Assembly: GCA_052327205.1 (NCBI GenBank)
Contig: CM126224.1
Span: 64,666,001 to 64,730,000, forward strand
Direction of reading: 5' to 3'
From: Somniosus microcephalus
Taxonomy: Eukaryota
DNA: 64,000 bases
Part shown: piece after piece, positions 26,041 through 36,107 of the stretch
Position numbering within the stretch: the first letter of the stretch is position 1
Layout: each line of letters starts with the position of its first letter
Translations under genes and position numbers: made by a program
The notes under the pieces: model-generated
Told to the model about the DNA's origin: nothing
Database searches by the model: none
What the model saw: the letters and a program-made list of their open reading frames with translations, nothing else

Positions 26041-26709
26041 TAGACCCGGTCCTCCTTCGCCAGGAACGCTGCAGGAGCTTTGTTTTTTTGGGGGCGAAAA
26101 GCTGCAGGGAGAGTGGCAGCATCGTGCTTTCGCGCCAAAATGGGCGTGGTAGGAGCACCAGCCCGCTGCAAGAGGAGCTGGAGCCGCGTCTGTGGGGGCT
26201 GGGCGCCTCATGGCTGCGCAGCACTGCTGGGTAACTGTGAAAATCTTATCTGCTTCGGCAGCAAGCTCGGCGCAGTCTGTGATCTCGGACCTGGCTAGGG
26301 CAGCCTGCACCTGCTCCGGCAGTTGGCAGAGGAATAGCTCCCGGAAGAGGAAGCATTCCGGTTCGGTACCTAAGAGTGTGAGCATTTGGCTCATGAGCTC
26401 GGACGGTTTGGAGTCCCCGAGGCCGGGCATAGCGAGGAGCCGGTGAGCGCGTTCTGACTTCGAGAGCCCGAAGACTTGTAGCAACCACGCCTTTAACGTA
26501 TCATACTTGCGGTCAGTAGGAGGACTACCGAGGAGGCTGATGATCCGCGAGGCAGTGGCGCTATCGAGGGCAGAGACCACGTAGTAATAACGGGTCTGAT
26601 CCGCGACGATGTTCCTGATGGCGAACTGGGCTTCAGCCTGGATGAACCACGCGGCTGGTTCTTGCTCCCAGAACTGTGGCAGTTTCAGAGTCACGGCGTT
26701 CATTTCCAT
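26040..26709 (-). pseudogene. gag of the CsRn1-like element
   Basis: MEMNAVTLKLPQFW...WFIQAEAQF; C-x2-H-x9-C-x3-C motif; 3' limit approximate. Confidence 0.88.
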
Positions 26710-27450
26710 GCTGAAGATCTTTCGCGAAAACCGTTCACGAAAGTCGGGGTCACCAATGTAGGAACGTGGGTTCCTAACTAAAAGACTGAGTTCTACTCAG
26801 GCGATCAAACAAAACGAACTTTAATGAAACAAACAGGTTTTAACAAGAAACTGCAGGATAACATCGAATGTAGGTCTGCTCTCTCTGGAGGCTCCACGAG
26901 GACTGCTCCTGCAGTCCCGTGGCTGACGTCATGACGTTTTCCCGCCAGTGGGGAATCACGTGATGAACGGCGTGACGTCATCACGTTTTAGCCGCGCTGT
27001 TAAAGTAACCACACTCTGTACGGTTAAACAGCATAAATAAAGATACAGACTCAGACTGTAGCTAACATGTTGTTAAAGGAATTATACACAAACGATCTGA
27101 GTCCTTTGGTGGCTCCGCCACAGTGCAAATGTTACCTACATCAGCAAGGCCTGGATGTTATCTTGATCCTGCTGCAGGCTTACATTGATCGCTTCATTAT
27201 CGGAGGAGTTGTGAATGGAGCTGAACAATGTGGAATTGTTAGAGTACAGTCCCACTCTGACGTTATGATGGAGGGAAGGTCATTGATGAAACAGCTGAAG
27301 ATGGATGGGTCGAGCATGCTTCCCTGAGGAACTCCTGCAGTGATGTCCAGGGGTTGTGATGACTGGCTTCCAACAACCACAACTATCTTCCTTTGTATCA
27401 GGTTTGATTCCAGCCACTGGACAGTTTTCTCTTTGACCACCATTAACTTA

Positions 27451-27930
27451 TCATAGAATCATACAGCACATTCGGCCCATCGAGCCTGTGCTGACTCTAT
27501 GAAAGAGCTGTCCAATTAGTCCCACTCCCCTGCTTTTTCCCCAAAGCCCTGTAAATTTCTCCTTTTCGAGTATACATCGAATTCCCTTTTGAAAGTTACA
27601 ATTGAATCTGCTTCCACTGCCCTTTCAGGCAGTGCATTCCAGATCACAACTCACTGCGTAAAGAAACGTGTCTCATTTCCCTTCTGGATTTTTTTTTGCC
27701 AATTATCTTAAATCTGTGTCCTCTGGTTACTAACTCTTCTGCCGGTGGAAACTGTTTCTCCCCAATCCCCATCTATATCAAATCCCCTCACAATTTTGAA
27801 CACCTCTATCAAATCTACCCTTAACCTTCTCTGCTATTAGGAGAACAATCCGAGCTTCTCTAGTCTCTCCTCATAACTGAAGTCCCTCACCCTGGTACCA
27901 TTCTAGTAAATCTCCTTTCCAAGGACATGA
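27451..27930 (-). mobile_element. CR1 3' fragment
   Basis: CATAGAATCATACAGCAC tail (reverse) and reverse-complemented CR1 ORF2 end. Confidence 0.8.
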
Positions 27931-28204
27931 CTTCTGTTATGTTAGGGCTCCTTGGCGCCATGCTTGGTCAAATGTTGCCTTGGTGTTGAGGACAGCTACT
28001 CGCACCTCCTCATATGTTTCCCTAAGATAGTCAATGGATTATTTTGGGGTGTAACACTGACACGTGTATAGGGCACCATCAGCATTTGGAATGTCCGCTG
28101 CAACATCTGACCAATAAAACTTCCTAACAGAATACAGATATTACTATTAGCTGGCCATCATGTCGACTTGTCCGAGAAGACTTCCTCAGTGTGCTTCTAC
28201 TTCC

Positions 28205-28400
28205 TTACCATGATGCTTTTCTTGAGTTTGTGAAACTTCTGTACTCCTTTCAGGTGAATAATGCTAGTGTTCTCAAACAATGGGCTAGGAGAGGATGGGG
28301 AGACCTCTGCTGTGCTGAAAAGATCAGTTCTTTTAGTGGACACATCATCAATGAGCGGATCCATGACTGCATCTGCGAAATGTGCTTTGCAAAAAAGGTC
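28205..28400 (-). pseudogene. Degenerate Myb/SANT-like exon, as found in Harbinger accessory genes
   Basis: KAHFADAVMDPLIDDVSTKRTDLF...QKFHKLKKSIM followed by a GTAAG donor; resembles the RFS..ALE.L...V..R...LF...KKFNDL pattern. Confidence 0.4.
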
Positions 28401-28500
28401 ATGAGCCACGTCACCAAGGGGCAGCATGTAGATGAGTATAGGGTACAGGATTGCTTTGGGTCATTTAAGTGTAATGGAAAACCCAGGCTGTAAGTTAACC

Positions 28501-28691
28501 ACAAACTACAGACTTTTGTCTACTGGTAAGAAAAACAACAGAAAACAGATGTAGACCAGAAAAGGGTCGTGACTTTGGACATTGCAACTAAACACTGCAA
28601 CAGAACAAACCACAGACTTTTGACTACTGCTAAGGGAAACAACAGAAAACAGACGTAGAACAGGAAAGGCCGCGACTTTGGACACTGCAAC
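28501..28691. repeat. Two-copy direct repeat, 104-bp period
   Basis: ACAAAC(T/C)ACAGACTTTTG...AAACAACAGAAAACAGA...GACTTTGGACA(T/C)TGCAAC at 28501 and 28605. Confidence 0.85.
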
Positions 28692-28718
28692 AAAAAGTAA
28701 CGATGACAGAGAGACCTC

Positions 28719-29090
28719 TTTTATCGGAGATGTGGGCGTCACTGGCAAGGCCAGCATTTATTGCCCATCCCTAATTGCCCTCAAGAAGGTGGTGGTGAGC
28801 CGCCTTCTTGAACCGCTGCAGTCTGTGAGGTGAAGGTACTCCCACAGTGCTGATGGGAGGGAGTTCCAGGATTTTGACCCAGCGACGATGAAGGAACGGC
28901 CGATATATTTCCAAGTCAGGATGGTGTGTGACTTGGAGGGGAAGTTGGGGGTGGTGGTGTTCCCATGCACCTGCTGCCCTTGTCCTTTAAGGAGGTAGAG
29001 GTCGTGGGTTTGGGAGGTGCTGTTGAAGATGGCTTGGCGAGTTGCTGCAGTGCATCTTGCAGATGGTACACACTGCAGACATGGTGCGCA
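28719..29090 (-). mobile_element. CR1-like LINE 3' end (family of 55747-57692)
   Basis: Reverse of GGGCAATAAATGCTGGCCTTGCCAGTGACGCCCACATC; HGNTTT...PSKSHTILTW. Confidence 0.85.
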
Positions 29091-29882
29091 GTGCAGATAA
29101 ATCTTACGTTGGCAAAATTATTCAAGGTGGTAACATGTTATTCCTCCGCGGCTGCCCACCTCCTAGGTGCAGACATCACATTGAGCTGCGACACCTACTT
29201 TGCCCAAGCGATCTCTACAGCTGCCTTCTGAGGAGAGTGCCCCTTGGAGCCTATGATTCCAAACCTCCTTTTGGCTCATCTCCCTGAGCATTATCTCCAA
29301 GGTTTTGTTAGAAAAGGGAACAGCCCTCCCCCTTCCTGCACCCTTGCAGGCTCCTTGCTATCCAAAGAGCTAGCTAAAAAGAATTGCCAAACAGCAAACA
29401 CTAAACCACAATAGAAAGAGCAGGTGGCCCCTTTAAGGCACAGCAGCTGCTCTTTTAACAGATTTCCCAATCAGGACAGGGAGTGCTTTGTAAATATTTA
29501 AATGAGGGGAGCAGCAGCCCCTGAGAGGTTGCCTCTCCAGGCCCATGGTCTGATATATACCAGCACACTTCGGGGTACACTACCGCTATGCTCCTAGTGG
29601 TAAACCTCCTCCTATATTACCTACACCGCTTGGTGATTGTGTAAGCTGTACTCAATCTGCTTCTAACGGTGCCAAAGTGCTCCTCGAGAAGGCAGTGCTG
29701 CTGCGCTGGTGGGTAGAGTTTGGGTTGGTTGTGGCCCTGATCCTCTGGATGCAGGGGCCTTAGATGTCCCTGCAACAGGTGTTGTGGCAAAACAGCCACT
29801 GCTGTAGTTAAACACATGCAACATGTGTGCCATCCAGTTGATCAGTGCCATTCGTTCCCATGTTTAACATAATGTAATAATA

Positions 29883-30120
29883 GTTTTCTCCGGGTGCTCC
29901 GGTTTCCTCCCACAGTCCAAAGATGTGCGGGTTAGGTTGATTGGCTATGATAAATTGACCCTTAGTGTTAGGGGGATTAAATACGTGGGGTTACGGGGAT
30001 AGGGTGGGATATGTGTTGGTGTAGGGGTTACGGGGATCGGGTGGGATATGTGTCGGTGCAGGCTCGATGGGCCGAAATGGCCTCTATCTGCACTGTGGGG
30101 TTTCTGTGATTTCTGTGATT
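29883..30120 (+). mobile_element. V-SINE (HE1-like), 5' truncated
   Basis: V-domain TTTCTCCGGGTGCTCCGGTTTCCTCCCACAGTCCAAAGATGTGCGGGTTAGG and a CR1-type tail ending (TTTCTGTGA)2. Confidence 0.88.
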
Positions 30121-30149
30121 AATTGCCTCCTTAACTAATGACGCACGCT

Positions 30150-30498
30150 TCCAGCAGAGTGTGTACTAAAGGCACAAAGATGACACAGCTTTCATTTCCT
30201 GTACAGCAATGCACACAGCATCCGAAACAAAATGGGGGAACTGGAGACAATAATTCATAGTGAGAAGCCAGATGTAGTAGGAATAACTGAAACATGGTTT
30301 AATAAAGAACAGGACTGGCAGTTCAATATTGCAGGGTATAATGTATTTAGAAAGGATAGCAAAAGAAGTAGGGAGGAGGGTAGCTGTACTAATTAGAGAT
30401 AACATAATGGCAGCAGAAAAAAGGGACATAACTAACATGAAGATAGAAACAGAATCCATTTGGATTGACATAAAGGATAAGAAGGGATCGATCATGAC
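30150..30498 (+). mobile_element. CR1 endonuclease-region fragment
   Basis: DVVGITETW and IETESIWIDI motifs; resumes briefly after 30972. Confidence 0.8.
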
Positions 30499-30967
30499 TG
30501 TAAAAGTCAGATAGCCAGTTGGTGAAGTGGGAAGACGAGAGTCTAGTCTTCAGTTTCTTACAAGCCTTTATTCACAGAGACACACACTGTGCACCCCAAA
30601 GCTCCCCAGCCTACTCCCATATATATCTGGGAGCAAGAGCGTCCCCAATGAATTCCCACTACCTGGATACAATTAACGCCCATTTGCTATACACCATTTT
30701 AATGGGGTTGTTCGGCTCGACTGCCTGCCTCTCTTCCGCGGCCACGTTCACGCCCGGGTGACCCTGGAGATGGAGCACGCGGTTTCCGTCGGCACGCTCG
30801 AGGCCTTCCCTGACCGGTGGGCACCACAGGGACTGGAGTGCACCATCACCCCCAGAAACCAAATTTTAATTTAATTTGATAAGTTTCATTTAATGTTTTA
30901 AGTTTAGTTACAGTCTATTTGTTTATGGGTTGCTCAAAAAGAGTACACCATTTTAATACAATTAACA
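30499..30967 (-). mobile_element. Solo LTR containing a Tx1 insert
   Basis: TG...CA ends; 5-bp TSD ATGAC (30494-30498, 30968-30972); reverse AATAAA and TATA-like motifs. Confidence 0.8.
30704..30943 (+). mobile_element. L1/Tx1-clade LINE 3' end
   Basis: CLPLFRGHVHARVTLEMEHAVSVGTLEAFPDRWAPQGLEC; ends AAAAAGAG; 14-bp TSD TACACCATTTTAAT (30690-30703, 30944-30957). Confidence 0.85.
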
Positions 30968-30985
30968 ATGACTTCTAGGAGGGTA

Positions 30986-31890
30986 CCATGATAGGGTCCT
31001 CCTTGTCCTCACCATCCACCCCACCAGCCACCACCAAACACATCTTCCCCTCCCTCCCCTTTCCGCATTCCGAAGGGACCGTTCCCTCCACAACACCATG
31101 GTCCACTCTTCAATCACCCTCAACAACCCCTCCCCATCCCACGGCACTTACCCGTACAAGCGCAGGAGATGCAACACTTGCCCTTTTACCTCCTCCCTTC
31201 CCACCATCCAGGACTCCAAACACTCCTTCCAGGTGAAACAGCGATTTACTTGTGCTTCTTGCAATTTAATATACTGTATTCACTGCTCACAATGCGGCCT
31301 CCTCCAGATTGGAGAGACCAAATGCAGATTGGATGATCGCTTTGCGGAACATCTCCGTTCAGTCCGCAAGCGTGACCCTGAGCTTCTGGTCGCCTGTCAT
31401 TTTAATTCTCCGCCCCACTCGCACTCTGACCTCGACTTCCTACACTGTTCTAATGAAGTTCAACGGAAGCTCGAGGAACGGCACCTCATCTTTCGATACG
31501 GCACTTTACAGCCTTCTGGGCTCAACAGCGAGTTCAATAATTTCAGATCATAACTTCCACTCCCATCTTTTCAGAGAGCAGTTGCTGGTAATGATTCTGC
31601 TTTTGTCACTTTTAGCTGCTCTAGACCTATCTTTTGTTTCTTTTCTTGTCCCATTACCATCCCCTTTTGCCTTACATCATCATCCCTTTTGTCATTTAAT
31701 CACTCCTGTCATCCACCCTATCCCAGACCTTCCCTTTTGTTCTTTACTCCCCCCTTTACCTGCCTCTGTACTTGCTTAACACCTGTTACATCACTAACTT
31801 TTTCCAGTTCTGAGGGAAAGTCATCGACCTGAAATGTTAACTCTGTTTCTCTCTCCACAGATGCTGCCTGAATTGCTGAGTATTTCCAAA
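30986..31890 (+). mobile_element. Penelope-like element 3' part with GIY-YIG endonuclease
   Basis: ORF 31098-31553 NLIYCIHCSQCGLLQIGETKCRL...HFN...QPSGLN; terminal repeat sequence with a degenerate hammerhead at 31806-31842. Confidence 0.88.
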
Positions 31891-33520
31891 AGTATTGAAT
31901 AGTTACTTTGCCTCAGTATTTACCAGGGAGATTAACAGGGTGGACATGACATTAGAAGAAGACATCAAAAAAGATATAACAACATTTAAGATAGAAAGGG
32001 GAGAAGATAATTGATAAACTAGGGAGGATAAAACCCCTGGTCCAGATGGATTGCATCCACGCATATTAAAAGAAGATAGGGAAGAGATAGCAGAGGCATT
32101 ATTACACATATATAAAAATTCAATAGAAAAGGGAATAGTGCCAGAGGACTGGTAGACAGCTAATGTGATTCCTATATTTAAAAAGGGAGATAGAACAAGT
32201 GCAGGCAACTATAGACCAGTTAGCTTAACGTTGGTGGTAGGGAAAATAATGGAATCTTTACTCAAAGACGTAATAGAAAAACATCTAAAAACCGAAATAT
32301 AATAAAGAGTAGTCAGCACGGATTTCAAAAAGGAAGGTCATGCTTGACCAACCTTCCTGAATCCTTCGAAGTAACAGAAAAAATAGACAGGGTAAGGTAG
32401 TAGATGTAATATATTTGGATTTTCAAAAGGCCTTCGATAAAGTACCGCATAGTAGACTCATGATAAGGTCAGGGGACAAGTAGCAGAATGGCCAGCAAGC
32501 TGGCTACAAAACAGAGAGTAGGGGTAAAGGGCAGTCACTCAGACTGGCAAAAGGTGGGAAGTGGTGTTCCACAGGGAACGGTGCTGGGACCACTGTTGTT
32601 GACTGCTAAATGATTTGGACTCGGGAATCGGAAGTACAATTTCAAAATCTGCAGATGACACCAAACTGGGGGTTATAGTTAATACTGAGGAAGACTGCGA
32701 CAAAATACATGAAAACATTAATAAAATTGCAGAATGGGCATGTAATTGGCAAATGAATTTCAGCATAGATAAGTGTGAGGTATTACATTTTGGTAGCAAG
32801 AAAAAGGAGGCCACATACTCCTTGGAAAATAAGAGTCTAACTGGGGTAGAGGAGAAAACGGATCTGGGGGTACAGATGCACATATGACTAAAAGTAGTGA
32901 CACACACTAATAAGGCCATAATAAAGCAAACAAAGCACTGGTGTTCATTTCTAGAGGGATAGAATTGAAAAGCAGAGAAGTTATGTTAACCTTGGTTAAA
33001 CCACACTTAGAGTATTGTGCGTAGTTCTGGTCTCCATATTATAAAAATGATATAGAGGCACTGGAGAAGGTGCAACAAAGATTTACAAGGATGATACCAG
33101 AACTGAGAGGCTATACCTATTAGGAGAGATTAAATCAGCTGAGGCTCTTTTCTCTAGAAAAGAGAAGGCTTGACGGGTGACCTGATAGAGGTCTATATTA
33201 TGAAAGGGTTTGATAGAGGAGACATAGAGAAGATCTTTCCACTTGTGGGGGAGACCAAAACAAGGGCCATAAATATAAGATAGTCACTAATAATCCAATA
33301 GGTAATTCAGGAGAAACTTTACCCAGAGTTGTTAGAATGTGGATCTTGCTACCTCAAGGAGTAGTTGAGGCGAATAACATAGATGCATTTAAGGGGAAGC
33401 TAGATAAATAGCTTTGATAGGATTAGATGACGTAGGGTGAGAGGAGGCTTGTGAGGAACTGGCATGGACCAGTTGGGCTGAATGCCCTGTTTCTGTGCTG
33501 TACATTCTACGTAATTCTGA
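31890..33520 (+). mobile_element. CR1 LINE, RT to 3' end, degenerate
   Basis: PGPDGLHP, NYRPVSLT, YLDFQKAFDKVPH, ADDTKLG, WQMNFSIDKCEVLHFG. Confidence 0.9.
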
Positions 33521-33529
33521 ATACATCAA

Positions 33530-33812
33530 ACTGACTATCACAGCAATTTTTTGGAGGTGGAGGGAGAAATGTTGGCCAGGACACTGGGAGAGCTCCCTGC
33601 TCCTGAAATGGTTTCATGATATTAAACATCACCTGAATCACATAAGTAGGCCCATTTAGCACCTCATTCCAAAAGATGGCACCTTCAACACTGCAGCACT
33701 TCCACAGTACTGCACGGGAATGTCAGGCTAGGGTATGTGCTTATAGCCTAGAATGGGACTTGAATCCATAACGTTCTAAGGCATGAAAGTGCTACCAACT
33801 GAGCCAAGCTGA
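33530..33812 (-). mobile_element. Old DeuSINE
   Basis: TTGGCCAGGACACTGGG, AAAGATGGCACC...CTGCAGCACTTCC, and a tRNA-like head in reverse (GGGACTTGAATCC...CAACTGAGCC). Confidence 0.7.
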
Positions 33813-35004
33813 CCCTGCTCAGCTGGAAGATACAATAAAGGAGGGTCACTTGACACCCAGAGTATGATTTTGTTGACAGGACTGTAAATTTCTCACATGG
33901 AATTACAGCAGTTCCTAACTGAAAATGGAGGTTGATTTTCGCTCAAAGAGTGACTAAGACTCTACTTTTGGTAAGTACCATTTTTTGCACTAAAAATTAA
34001 TCTATGGAAGGAAAACAAAAGTCCCATTAGGTCTGAGGGTTGGTTAAAGCCTAGTCAGAGTTGCTTGGTCTAATTATCAGGAGTGATTGACATGCAACAA
34101 ATAACGTTACCCTGTATCTAGCAGTACCTTTTGGTACACACAGTACAGTTCTCTTTGTTGCCACCAAACCTGGCATTCCCTGGTCGACAACAAACGACTT
34201 GCTCTGCCTCTTGTAACCTGTTCATTAAGTCCAGGTAAGTCAGAAACATGACATTTAAGAAAGAGTTGCATGATTGCCAAACACCTGGCAGCTATCTTAT
34301 AGCTGCAGAATGTTGTTTATTATAAAGTGGTCATGTATTGCTAGGTAGGCCAGGTAGTAATTCAAATGTAAGGAGGTCTGCCAGGGAGTGGGGCTGGAAG
34401 ACCAGCAACTCATATTCCTAGTACTGTATCAAGCAGCCACTCAGTTGTCTTGACTAGTTATGTACCAAACCTGTGCAACCCAGAAATGGAACTGTCAATG
34501 GAGAAGTGCTAAGTACACCAGCCATTATGTGTTGTGTGTGGTGCAATAGGGTTGTATTTCAGCTAGTTCTGTAAAGCAGAAAAATGAATAAACACTAGGA
34601 GGATAAAATGCTTGATGCAGTTAAGTTTAGCCCTGATGCCTGCCTCAATATTCACATAGTAATTAGTAGCTCTGAGATCATATATCTTGTTGCTCAATAT
34701 ATTCCCATTCTATGTTTCATCAGTGAAGATAGCCTCCTAACTCCTGGACTTGTGTTATGTGATCAGCACCGGACAAATATCAGTAGGACTTTCACACTAC
34801 ACCATTACACAGCACATCCTAACCAGTGTAAACAATGCAAACTAATGGTCATTTTTAAAGTATTATTTTGTTTTGATAATTTGAACACTGAGGCAGTTAA
34901 GGTGCTTTATGACACCATGAAAAAGGACATTGTGAAGTCACAGCAGTTATTGTGACAGAGTGGGGTACATCTGTTACCAGGCAACAGCCACTCAAAACTA
35001 ATCA

Positions 35005-35150
35005 AGGGCGTGATTGACGACGCCCCCGTTGAATTAAACCAATGGGAAGGCGATCTGCTTGATTGACGGCAGCGGCTGTCCAATAGGAAGGGGGCGGCGA
35101 TGACGCAGCATTATATAAAGAATGATGCGGGCGTTGGCCGCTCATTTGAG
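35005..35150 (+). promoter_or_regulatory. Pol II core and proximal promoter of the beta-tubulin gene
   Basis: CCAAT at 35039 and 35080, GC box GGGGCGG at 35091, TGACG at 35101, TATATAAA at 35112-35119, Inr-like TCATTT about 30 bp downstream. Confidence 0.88.
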
Positions 35151-35580
35151 CACCCAGTTATCCCGGCCAGAGTAGTTTAGGCAGAGCTTTCGGTATGCGA
35201 GAGATCGTGCATCTTCAGGCTGGCCAGTGTGGCAACCAGATCGGGGCCAAGGTCTGTACTGTTAGCCCGATTAGGATTAGGGGAAAGTAGGACATTTTGG
35301 AAGGCGGTGAGGTGAGGTGTGGGCGGCGGGCTGGGAATGGGGCGCTGGGCCCGGTCAGGCCGGGCGGTCCCGTGTTGCGCTGTGGCTGGAGAGCCGGGTC
35401 GGATTGATGAAGCCCAGTTTGTGGAGGCCGCTTGGGCTGTGGGTGGCCGGGCCCCGGGCCGACCGTTACTCACCGCCTCTCCATCGTCACAGTCAATGGC
35501 GGCCGGCGGCGCGCGGGCCGTTTAAATCCGCGCGCGCTCGCTCTCCGGCAGCACGCATGCGCGGTGTCGGCCCCGGCTAT
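35010..35580. promoter_or_regulatory. CpG island spanning promoter, exon 1 and start of intron 1
   Basis: Dense CpG in non-repeat DNA; NRF1-like ACGCATGCGC at ~35553. Confidence 0.8.
35195..35251 (+). CDS. TUBB: Beta-tubulin coding exon 1 (MREIVHLQAGQCGNQIGAK); TUBB4B-like by the HLQ residue, paralog uncertain
   Basis: ATGCGAGAGATCGTGCATCTTCAGGCTGGCCAGTGTGGCAACCAGATCGGGGCCAAG then GT; 57 nt, matching the conserved phase-0 first intron of vertebrate beta-tubulins; MREI autoregulatory motif. Confidence 0.95.
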
Positions 35581-35619
35581 GAGAATTTGAATATTTTTTA
35601 TCCACACCTTTGGTTTGTG

Positions 35620-35935
35620 ACTTTTTTCCTTTTTTTTCTCTCTCCCACACGGCAGCTGTCTCTCACACTGCCAGCGCATTTCACACTTCATCTCGAGCCA
35701 TTGTCTGTTTCTTTACCTGTCCTATTACCATCTCGTCTCACCTTGAATATCTCTCAATGTCTCTTCTTTCATCCCCCTCCCCCATTTCCCAGCCCCCCAA
35801 ACTGCCTTTTGTTTCATTTCCTGCCTTTTCTCTCAGTTCTGACGAAGGGTTTCGACCCGAATCGTTGACTCTGTTTCTCTCTCCACGGATGTTGTCTGGC
35901 CTGCTGAGTTTTTCCAGCATTTTCTGTTGTTATTT
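35620..35935 (+). mobile_element. Penelope terminal-repeat remnant
   Basis: Shares CAGTTCTGA.GAAGGG..GACCCGAA...CTCTCCACGGATGTTG with 31800-31890 and 40490-40590. Confidence 0.75.
35835..35870 (+). ncRNA. Penelope-type minimal hammerhead ribozyme motif (one core substitution)
   Basis: AGTT-CTGACGA-AGGGT-TTCG-ACCC-GAAT-C-GTT-GACT; GAAA is changed to GAAT. Confidence 0.6.
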
Positions 35936-36107
35936 GAGAAAGTGGCCCTGGGACGGCCTGCTGCGCACTGTCACCGTGCGGGGCTGAAGCTTGTTTTAAA
36001 AAAAAAAAAATGTACTTCACATTCGGTTTCCTCCTTTTTTTATGCTTCACATTCCTACCTCGAGAGTTTTGTCCTTTATCGGCTTGATGTGCTTTGGTTT
36101 TGCTGGT

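Larger units (their letters stand above)
17044..27122 (-). mobile_element. Gypsy LTR retrotransposon, CsRn1-like clade (degenerate); its 3' LTR is interrupted by a second Gypsy
   Basis: 5' LTR 26757-27122; 3' LTR 17044-17403 plus 22809-22822; 4-bp TSD GTGC; PBS TGGTGACCCCGAC (tRNA-Trp); G-rich PPT; Gag NAVTLKLPQFW and CHCC motif CSYHAHFGAKARCCHSPC. Confidence 0.93.

Noticed and set aside
35317-35868. 183-aa ORF and neighbouring ORFs over the CpG island
   Set aside because: GC-rich intron 1 plus Penelope remnant; the real coding sequence is the 57-nt exon.
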